From contig CM097887.1 in NCBI GenBank assembly GCA_044892525.1, forward strand, positions 17,670,001-17,734,000: a stretch of 64,000 nt of DNA, written 5' to 3'. Below the pieces are notes generated by a model. It was not told the DNA's origin. It ran no database searches and worked only from the letters and a program-made list of their open reading frames with translations. Within the stretch, counting starts at the first letter, position 1; each line of letters opens with the position of its first letter. Positions 1-10,054 of the stretch are shown one piece after another. The position numbers and the translations under genes were made by a program. The stretch is from Schmidtea polychroa (taxonomy: Eukaryota).

Positions 1-466
1 TTTTATTTTAGATAAATCTATCTATGATAAATAAATGCATGATAAGTTAATGCATTCTTAATCTTGTCTCATCTAGTCTTCATAAGGTTTTATAATAATA
101 ATAATAAGTAACCTTGATAAGGGAAAATTATGAAATAGGGTGCTACACCTTCAATGGTATGCCCATGAACTCGGAGGCGCGTCAAGATATTAGCAGTCAT
201 TGTTACGAAGCTCATCTTTTGCTAACTAGTACCGACTAAAATGCAATACCAATGTCACTTGCGACGGGTATTTAACGATAAAATAAATGATTAAACGTCG
301 TTACGAAAGGAAATGGAATATATTGTGTATTTAATTTATTTAATTAAATAAATTAAATTAAAATTATTTATAATATTATTAACCAATAATATTTTAGAAA
401 AAACAATTTTATTATAATTTTTTTCTTAATCATATAAATTCATTCGAATAATTGAAACTTTTAGCA

Positions 467-2101
467 ATGTTTGAAGAATATGAATGTTTTATTTGTTATT
501 CACTTAAAAAAAAGAACTTATTCATTGGTATTGCAAGATGTAATCATATGTTCTGCAAGCCCTGCCTATTTTCATGGTATTTTGAAAGCAATTCCTGTCC
601 CTTTGACCGCCGAGAAATTAAAGAGGTTTTCTACTTTGAAGATTCCAAAATTATTCCAGTTCTTGACTTCTTATTTAATGAATTGCTAGCCTCGAAAGAT
701 TCAATAATAGACTCTCACCTCACTAATATTCTATCAATTCTTGTAACATTTCAGAACACAATCGGAAAATTTTCTCATATTTTTTATCGAATCGACAATT
801 TTTTTCATGAAAATGATAAAATCTTATTTCAAAGAATAATTAATTTAATTAATTTAGAAAATTTTGATAATTATGATAAATTATTCGATTGGATCAAAGA
901 GGTTTCCAGTGAATTTGTGAAAATCTTCTCGCAAGAAAAAAAGAATTTTACTGTCGATAAGAGATCCATTGAATCCTCGACTAATATTTTAAACAAAATG
1001 ACAAACCAATATCTTGAATTAATTAATTTATCAACCAATAGGAATTCATTAAATTCCAATAAAAGCAAATGCCAAACTGTGCAAATTCTCCAAGCAGAAT
1101 ATATTTTATTATCTTTATGCTATGAAACCTTTGATGAAATTAAATTCAATATGATTTCAATTGGTAATTTCATGAAGGAATTTGATATTTTCCATGAAAT
1201 AAACTCCACATCATTTCAAAAGATTAAATTTAGATATTATTTCGAAACAGCTAAAAAAATCCAAAATTTATACAAATCAATTAATATTAGATTTAAATTC
1301 ATTAAATTGCTGATCCTTTTGATCTCGATCAATCACAACAAAATGGAATTCATAGACCAGTTGGAGAGTTCAACTAATAAATGCATTATATGCTCAGAAG
1401 ATGGGGCAGAACGGGTAGATAAACTGAAAGACTATGACAAATCGATTTGCCAAAATTGCACTAAATTTATCCATTTAGAAACGCACAGCGCGATAAATAA
1501 TGAAACAGCCAATGAAATTCAAATCAGTAAAAATGCATCTAATTATCATATTCTGATTGGTGAAATTGCCACGTTTATTTACCAAATCGTTAATGCAACT
1601 TCAAATTTGCTTCAGGAGATTCCTCAAACTCTGTCGCAGTTTTGCAATCTTTCGAATACCTCTTTTTTGACAGAATATACTAGAAATCTAACGTTTTTGC
1701 ACAATTTTGAAAGTTCAAAACTTTCTCTTTATGTTGTTCAATTATACTTTAAGGACTGCCGTATTGTACCAATGCTGGAGAATTGGTTTGATGAAATGCT
1801 TGATATCTGCGAAGACATTTTACATTTATTCCATTATTTTTTAATCAACTTGAGAGATATAGAATATAAACTGTTCAGTGAAAATTGGGACACTAATGAA
1901 AATTTCCAGAGTGAAATGCGTAGACAAAAAACCGATTTCATGAAAATCTTGAAGCGGCTGTATCATGATACTATTCACTTGATAAATATATCTATAGACC
2001 ATAATATGGGGCAGTCCATTTTTAAAATATTCAATGACCTTGGAGAATTAGTTACAAGGATCATGCGTAATGAAAATGAGATCAATTCAAATGAGTTTTA
2101 A
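467..2101 (+). CDS. Intronless RING-finger protein (putative E3 ligase): N-terminal C3HC3D RING plus degenerate second RING
   Basis: ORF 452-2101, first ATG at 467. Motif CFIC...RCNHMFCKPC...SCPFDR at the N-terminus; second CIIC...ICQNC at ~1382-1470 lacks several ligands. AATAAA follows the stop. Confidence 0.8.
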   Translation: MFEEYECFICYSLKKKNLFIGIARCNHMFCKPCLFSWYFESNSCPFDRREIKEVFYFEDSKIIPVLDFLFNELLASKDSIIDSHLTNILSILVTFQNTIGKFSHIFYRIDNFFHENDKILFQRIINLINLENFDNYDKLFDWIKEVSSEFVKIFSQEKKNFTVDKRSIESSTNILNKMTNQYLELINLSTNRNSLNSNKSKCQTVQILQAEYILLSLCYETFDEIKFNMISIGNFMKEFDIFHEINSTSFQKIKFRYYFETAKKIQNLYKSINIRFKFIKLLILLISINHNKMEFIDQLESSTNKCIICSEDGAERVDKLKDYDKSICQNCTKFIHLETHSAINNETANEIQISKNASNYHILIGEIATFIYQIVNATSNLLQEIPQTLSQFCNLSNTSFLTEYTRNLTFLHNFESSKLSLYVVQLYFKDCRIVPMLENWFDEMLDICEDILHLFHYFLINLRDIEYKLFSENWDTNENFQSEMRRQKTDFMKILKRLYHDTIHLINISIDHNMGQSIFKIFNDLGELVTRIMRNENEINSNEF

Positions 2102-2265
2102 ATAAATATTTTGTTTCTATTAAATTATTTTATATTTCAAATAATTTTGATTTTTCGATGACTAACTGATTAAATGAATTGTATAATTAGATATTATGTG
2201 TAATGTCTAATGTTATTTTTATTTATTCTTTCATTTGTTTGAGTTCTTAAATTTAAAATTTCCAA

Positions 2266-2884
2266 ATAATTAAAAAAGGGTTATTGAAACCCGAGCTAAC
2301 CAAGCAGAAAGAGAATTAAATAAAAGGGAAGTTGGAAAACCATTATCATGACAGCATGAGTAATAGGGAAATGGACAAATATTATCACAAGGGAGAAGCA
2401 CGGTAGACAAATTAATTATTTGATTTAATGACAAGAATAGGAAAAGGCCACTAGGCAATTATTGTCAAATAGAGATGACTTGGTTAAAATGACGATAATC
2501 AATGCGATTATTTTAACTATATAGAGAAACCCAAATTTAGAAACAATCGGCATTTTGTTTGAGGTAGGGATGAACAAAACGAGAGTAGGTAAAAAGGAAA
2601 ATTATGAAAACTAGAAGATAGAATTAACAGAAAAGAAAAGGAAGGTTCAAGTTAAGTTGAAGAATTAAACTAAAGAGTTCATTATTGTTGTAAAGCGATC
2701 ACAACGAGACTTATCGAATAGTGAGAATAGACATTTTATTTCGATATTTGGAAAATATTTTAGAAAATTTGTAAATTGTATTATTTTCAAATACAAATAT
2801 ACGTTAAGTATTGTTGGTTTAATTGCTTTTCTAAAACACATGTAATCAGAAACACTAAATGTAATATTTATCTAATTAAAAACA
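2266..2884 (+). mobile_element. Truncated, diverged relic related to the ~1 kb solo-LTR family
   Basis: Shares GAAACCCGAGCT, AATCGGCATTTTG and a 3' end (ATATACGTT...AAAACA) resembling 19880-20924. Confidence 0.5.
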
Positions 2885-3342
2885 CATGAAATTTGATAAC
2901 CAATCAGATTAAAGGAAAATGTAGGAAATAATTTGAATAAATATGACAAATTATAACTGAAATTTACTGAGATTATTTATTAATTTGATATTATTTTACT
3001 GAAATATGTTATGATTTGTTATAATTTAGGGTAATATAATGAATAAATTAATAATTTTGATGGTTTTTACTTTATTATATTATTACTTTGACACAATTTC
3101 TATTGAGAGCAGTGATTTCTAAACTGGGAACTCTCGATTAGCACAGAAGGAGACGTTAAAGTTTTGTTTCTTGAATATTCTAATTTTTTTTCCTTGATTA
3201 AATATATTTTAAAATTATATTTTTAAATTCTATTCTTTTATTTTATTAAAATAATTCTTTATTGTTTATATTATAAACTTTATATAAACTTTATGCTATT
3301 TAAAGAGTTTTGTAACGACACGCAGATTATATTAGTTAATAA

Positions 3343-4300
3343 TATATAAAATTGGAAAAATGTTTCAGACAATGTATGTATGTCCGTTCTAGACTCAGGA
3401 GTGGTTAGAGCTATCGTCTTGAAACTTTTGTTATTTGGTAGATACATCTTTAATGAAGAACCCTATTGTTTGTGAGGTCGATCCGGTGATGGCTTCAGCT
3501 CTTTCAGTGAGCAGAAGTGACGTAAAGTCAGAATTTTTAGAAATTTTTTCATACATTTTCTAACATATCTCAATTTATACTCGTACTATTGTGCTGAAAA
3601 TTTGTTATACGGTAGATTGACCTTAGCCGAAGAACCCATTTGCTTTTTAGTACATTGGTAGATGGCTTCAGTTTTTTAAAGTGACCTGAAGTTTAATTTT
3701 TCTATCATAGTTGTATGTTTTATTATAAATGCTATTGAGTTAATGTAACCATGACATTTAGAGTATTTATTCATGTTTCAGACAATGTATGTATTGCAAA
3801 GTAATGTAAAATGAATACTTTATAAATCAATATAGTTTTTATTATCTTAATTAATATACCGTATATACTTGTGTATAAGCCGAGAAATTTTGGGCAATTT
3901 TTTAAGCTAATTTTTTCTATTCGGCTTATATACATGTCAAAAACAAGATTTTGTGATTATTTAAATAATTCGTCAGATTTTAGCTATTTTTTTTACCTCG
4001 GCTTATATACGGGTACTTGATTTTGGACAAAAAATTGACTATAAAAACTCACTTCGGCTTATATACGGATCGGCTTATACACGAGATGAAATTTTATCAT
4101 CAGTTCCAAATAAATATTAAGACTATAGAAATTAAAAATAATTTAAAAACAAAATACAAATAAAAAATACGGCACCAAAAGAGCTGGAAGTGGAAAAAAA
4201 GTGTGAAGTTATTGTTTCCGTGGCGGTCGTCTTAGGTTTCTATATGTCATGTATAAAAATTTCTTGTGGGGCATTCCAACGCATGCCGGGATTTCGCTAG
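3343..4300 (+). mobile_element. Non-autonomous Helitron-like element
   Basis: 3' GGCAT/ATGCC hairpin followed by CTAG (4297-4300) then T. 5' AATATATAAA...TGTATGTATGTCCG. The segment ATGTTTCAGACAATGTATGTA is duplicated at ~3360 and ~3773. No 5' TC is visible. Confidence 0.5.
3859..4085. mobile_element. Tc1/mariner-superfamily (Tc2/pogo-like) MITE nested in the Helitron-like element
   Basis: TA then CCGTATATACTTGTGTATAAGCCGA; the right end TCGGCTTATACACGAG is a truncated inverted copy. Four internal TCGGCTTATA motifs. Confidence 0.6.
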
Positions 4301-6920
4301 TAGTTAATAATTTTATGAATATCAATTTAATTTTAAAACAATTAAATGATAATTTAAACCTTTTGCTCCGAATAATATATTTAATACAAATGAAAAAGTT
4401 TTTAACTACTACATAGTCCTTTTTGAAATCAAAAATTACATTTCAACTTTTGTAGTATAATGGTAATGTTTATTATAAATCTATTTCTCACCTTTCTTTA
4501 AAGACATTAATTATTAATTTAATTATATTTAATTAATATTTATTTCATTATCAGATGTGGCTTCTGTTAATGATGTTGCTTGCAAAAAATCTCGGGTTTA
4601 AGGAAGGAACATGTTTGTTTTAATGTTTAATGACGTCAAACTGATTCTTTGTTGGCATTTATCCCGACAGAACTGAAAGTAAAAGATGCTGTAAATCCAA
4701 ATAGTTCTACTACAAAGTCATTCCTACTGCTAGAGTTTATAAATTATTAATTTGCAAATAAAATTTTATTAAATAATTATTGTTTTTTTTATCACGAAAT
4801 TGCGTAATCTAAAAATTATATATCTCCACAGCTTTCAGAGAAAATGTAAATGAACTGGATATGACTGAAGGGATTATACGGGAGGATAGAATCTAAACTG
4901 AAGTCAATTTCTGTAATTATTTGTGTCGCTGTAAAGTGGTAATTAATTGTGTTAATCAATAAAGGTTTATACTATCTGGAGCTCGTTATTGTTGTCAGTT
5001 CAATAATTGATAATAACCCCAACAGATCTACAAATCTGAACAAAACGGAAATAATCTTCGCCATTTCCCACGACATTTATTATTCAAACTTTGTCAATTT
5101 CCGAAATTCTGTAATAATATTACATTTTTAAAACTTATAAAAAAATGTACAATTTATGCTTTCTTGTTACGGGATTAAAGATTGTAGAAAGTCCAGCAAT
5201 ATCTGAAGTTATATGGAAATAATAAATTGATTACAACTTATAAATATCATCTTTCCCAAATTGATAGAGTTTTGACAGAAATTTCTGAAATGCTAAGAAA
5301 ATATTAAATTAATTTTAACTTTAAAATAAATTGTACGATGATAACTTCTCATTTTCACAGAAACTCAGTTTCATTTTCTAAAAATTGTCTAAAATAAAAT
5401 TATTATAGGAATGTGATCTCACTGCCTCATAAATATATACACCTAATTCTGAAATATAAAGGTTTCTAAAATATACGTTAGAGTGTGCACCAGTTGAGGT
5501 AACTCACCATTTGTGAGAAAATAAAGTGATTTCGATATAATGTAAGTCAGATATATTTTTAACTATAAATAAAAAACGTAATCGCCAAACACAATTCTCA
5601 TTTCTTTCAAAGATGCATAAAAATTGGATTTTACGAAATCCAACAAATTAATTCCCTGTTCTTCTGAAGTAATTTGTTTTCTGCTACCTCTTTTCCCTTT
5701 GCAAATTTTTCCATATTTTTTATATCTGTAAATTATTGTTCCAATGGATTTTTGGTGACTATAAGTAATTTTTTAAATCCTTCGTAATTTTCAATATTTT
5801 CAAAGGCATTAATTAGTCAAATTTTGTCATGTTCTGTAATTCTATCAAAATATTATTCTTAAATAAGTTCTTAAATTTAAGGTTTGTGAATTTTTTTCAG
5901 CAAATCCAAACAATTCAAATGACCTTGTTCAATATTTGAAATTTTACCTTCACATGAAGGCAACGTTTGACAAGAAATATTTGACATACTGTAAAATATT
6001 TTAATTATTTGTAATTAAAAAAATAAATCTTACATTGTCAGATCTTCACCTTCGCAAAAAGGCGGCGTTTTCAGAGAAATATCTGAAAATCTAAAGAAAT
6101 ATTAAATTTAAAATTATAATTGAGATCTTACTATGTTTTATCGTCTTTTTCTCTACAGCTCAAAGTCGAGTTAACCGATTCTAGATCAAACATTTTTTTC
6201 CGCCAAGATTTTTTTAATATATTGAAAATAATAATGTTAACAATATGTTAATTACTTTTAAATAAAAAGAAAAACGCTATGTAAAATTATTTTTCTGCCA
6301 TTTTTTCATTTTCTATATAAAAAATTTTAAGTTTTGAAAAATTAAATTTTTACACACAACTATAACTTTATCAGCTATAACATTATCGATTTTTTATATT
6401 ATAGAAACTTTTTTATTTCGGAATTAGGTGTATGTGCTGTGATTTAATTCCTAGCTCCTTGCACCCCCCCTTTCATTGAGATGTTATAATAAATATATGA
6501 TTTATTCCAAGTGATTTAGAAATGATTTTTAATTTTGTCCGTCTATGAATTCAAAATGTTAAATCTCAAAAAATTCATAATCCTCATAAAGTAATACCAA
6601 TAAATACTTTTCGATACTCTTTAAAACAGGCCTTAGGAGAAGATTTTTGCCATTTTGTTGATATCGGCAGGATGTTAGTAAATTATTATTTTCAAAAATA
6701 TAAAGTTCATAGATTATATTTTTAAATTCAATTAAACTTGTGCCAGTCATCGTTAGAAAGGGTTTATTTTCCAACATAGACCTCATAAGAGACTTCATCA
6801 TCAAATTCATCATAAACAAACATAAAAAACGAGCTATCTCCCTAAAAGGTAATTGAATGTATTAATGCATATTTAGTAAATAATTCAGTGAATCTTTATC
6901 AATAAAATAATATGTTAAAG

Positions 6921-7401
6921 CAGCGGTCCTCAAATTCTTTGAAATTTTCTGCGAGGCGGTCCCTTTAAAAATTGTTAGATAGCTTGCGGACCCCTAATAA
7001 TAAAAAATAAAAAAGGTATAGCAAATAAAACATATATATATTGAGAAAATATTACATCGTAAAAGTTAAATAACAATTTTAATGCAACGGATACAGGCGT
7101 TTTTCCAGAACTAGAGCTTCTAGGTTTGGCTTTGTCTTGGCCAGTGCAACACGCGTATCATTTGTTGCGCATAATCTATTTCTTGCTTTTGTTTTAATTG
7201 TAAGTAGTGTAGAAAAAGCCGACTCACACTCATAGGTGGTTGCAAATGGAATGAGGACTTTTAGGGCCATCTTTGCAACATCAGGATAGGACAGTGCCAT
7301 TTCAATCCAAAAGTTTTTTTTTTAATAATTTAAAAAAATAAATATGCGTTAGCTCGTCGCGGTCCCCTAGGGGACCGCGGACCCCACTTTGAGAACCGCG
7401 G
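6921..7401 (-). mobile_element. hAT (Buster/Charlie) deletion derivative retaining the transposase C-terminal dimerisation region
   Basis: TIRs CAGCGGTCCTCAAA / TTTGAGAACCGCGG; perfect 8-bp TSD TGTTAAAG; ORF 7079-7300 ...PFATTYECESAFSTLLTIKTKARNRL. Confidence 0.9.
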
Positions 7402-7939
7402 TGTTAAAGGATCTGTCATCTTTTATTATCAGAAAAGCTCTAAATTTTGAATAGCTCATCAAACATATATTCATTTTTAACAGAGTTGGAAATGAAACAC
7501 TAAAGCAATTCAAATCTTTATTTGGATCTTACTGTCATATTTTTATTTTTTTGATTACAATAATTTAAATTTTAGACTTTTAATTTACTTGATTTGACTT
7601 AATTTACCTATTTATCGTTGTATTATTTAATTTAACAAATTTAAAATCAAAAAAAGGCAATTACCATTATGAGAACAAAAGATTAATAATAAATAAAGAA
7701 AATATATAAACACAAATTACAAATAAACCACATTTTTGGATGAAGGAGTTGACCATAAAATTAATTTAATCGTTTTTATGGATAGAGAATTTTTTAACCA
7801 TAAACTACTAGGAAAGAAAAATTATAAAAATATGCTTATTATTATCTTAAAATTTCGAAATTTATCGATTTTAATTTTTTTTTAAATTAAAAAATTCGCT
7901 CAAAAATCAATTACTTTGCTTTATTTACTTTTTTCCTGG

Positions 7940-8002
7940 TAGCACACATAAAACAGCTTCCGGGTGCCATGGCGCCCGCGGGCACAGGGTTGGCGACCAC
8001 TG
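7940..8002. mobile_element. Isolated hAT terminal fragment
   Basis: GC-rich subterminal sequence ending TTGGCGACCACTG; no partner end found. Confidence 0.5.
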
Positions 8003-8019
8003 CGTTAATTAATTTAATA

Positions 8020-8195
8020 ATTAAGGGAAACGCGAGCTAAGCAAACAGAAATAGAAGTAAATAAAAGTGAGGTTGGAAAACCATTATCATGAGAGCATGG
8101 GTAATTGGAAAAGGGAAAAATATTATCACAAGCGACCACGGTGGACCAAATAATTAAAAAGGCCACGATTCAATTATTGTCAAATAGAGATGAAT
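8020..8195 (+). repeat. Second copy of the 2270-2480 LTR-relic segment
   Basis: Shared GTTGGAAAACCATTATCATGA, AATATTATCACAAG and CAATTATTGTCAAATAGAGATGA. Confidence 0.75.
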
Positions 8196-8218
8196 AAATA
8201 TTCTATATATCATATGTA

Positions 8219-8396
8219 TTAAAACCATTAATACGATCAGAATTCGAATGTAAAGATAGTTTTGAATTTTTTTCCTGCATTGCACAATATGATAGACAAA
8301 GTGTAGATTCTACACTTTTTCTATCATATTGTGCAATGCAGGAAAAATTTCAAAATTATCTTTACATTCGAATTCTGATCGTATCAATGGTTTTAA
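8219..8396. repeat. ~178-bp near-perfect palindrome built from Penelope RT-coding sequence
   Basis: Centre at 8308 (GTGTAGA-T-TCTACAC); arms of ~88 bp with a few mismatches and one indel. Confidence 0.9.
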
Positions 8397-9431
8397 CAAT
8401 CCATTCAAAAATTTGGCTATTTTATTAATAATTGCGTAATAATAATTGCGTATTGCCCATGAAGTTGACAATATCCTATAGTTTAAATTCCCTAACTACT
8501 TTCTTATTCATCTATCCAAAAAATTTGGCTATTTTATACTGGCAGTGCCAACCATGGATAAAACCATTCTCATAGATACGCAATCTTTTTGGATTTTTGG
8601 AAGCCTATACATTTCGTTGGTTGTGACCCGATTAGGCGATATGAATCAAACAACTCTTCATTAATTTGCTTATTTTTAATTAATTTATTCGCTATCTCAT
8701 TTAACGAATTCTCATCCTTAAGAGGAGGCTGTATTCCATTTTACCGATAAATCTCTACTTTCCCAAACTGGGAGCATTCAAAACATAATTAAGCTTATTC
8801 ACATATACATCATGGTCAAGAATTACCAATCCATTTTCTCTGTCAAACTTGTATATATTGATGTCTTTTTTAGCTGAATTTTTTAATACAGAAAAATCTT
8901 TAATATTCTGCTTTTTATTTTAATCAATATACTCCATCGTACTCGAACTCAACACACTCTTCATATAATTAGTATTATTATCCTTCATCGATCGAAATAT
9001 ATGAAAGTATAAACTTTCAATCTTTGCACAAAATTTTGTTTCATCAATTCTTTTCTTAATGTAATGATTGGGACTAAATTTCAAAATACGAACCTCCTCT
9101 TCAGATAAAACAACTTCACTCATGTTTATTATATGAGCGTATTCTCTACACTAAATTTAGAGATCCCAAATAATTTACTCAAATTTTTTAATTTATTAAT
9201 ATGAGCATTCTCTTTTGATTTTAACTGAGAAATAGAATTTGTAATACACCATTCAACACATACCTGCAAACAAAACTGATTTTTTATTTGATTCAAAGTA
9301 AAACTAATATTTAAGAGTTTTTTATCCAAAGATGTTCTCCTTATCTTCTCTGATTCCAACATTCTTCTTAAAGTTCTTTTATGAATTATTTGAACATCTT
9401 TTTTACTTAAATTATATAATATTTGTTTCAA
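8308..9431 (-). pseudogene. Decayed Penelope-like element (N-terminal and pre-RT/early RT region), a different lineage from the intact element
   Basis: Frameshifted peptides: LSEEEVRILKFSPNHYIKKRIDETKFCAKIESLY; KKDINIYKFDRENGLVILDHDVYVNKL; YRLIGSQP/MYRLPKIQKDCVSMRMVLSMVGTA; KIAKFLNGLLKPLIRSEFECKDNFE. These match PLE DKG, LPKIHK and LRPILS motifs. Confidence 0.75.
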
Positions 9432-10054
9432 AAATAAATATTAATNNNNNNNNNNNNNNNNNNNNNNNNNNNNNNNNNNNNNNNNNNNNNNNNNNNNNNN
9501 NNNNNNNNNNNNNNNNNNNNNNNNNNNNNNNNNNNNNNNNNNNNNNNNNNNNNNNNNNNNNNNNNNNNNNNNNNNNNNNNNNNCCTTTTGCTGCAAATAA
9601 TGTATTTAATGAAAGAATTTTCGACTATACGATAGTCCTTGTCAATCTTCTGGAATTTAGCAATGTTCTTCTTCAAAATACCCTTCAATCTTTCTTTTAT
9701 TTCCTTTCTCTTAATTCTCATTGGTTGTAAATATAATGAATTGTTTTACTAAAAACTTTTAAAATTTTTTTATAATTTTTACATTTAAAATTTCAAAATA
9801 ACACAAACTAAAATTTTTAAATTTTTTACAGCTTCTATAATTAGCTTCTAGAAGCCTAATAAAATATTTGAAAATATTTTAAATAAAGCCTCCAATAACT
9901 ACTTATATATGCTATTTAAATATTTCAATAAATGTGTCAATTTTGATTTTCAAACCCTATTTTTTAAAATTTTTTTCTATATTATTCTAATTATTACTTT
10001 TTAATTTATTCTTATTTTTTTAATTTCTTTGTATATTGTCAGTTATTCTCAAAG

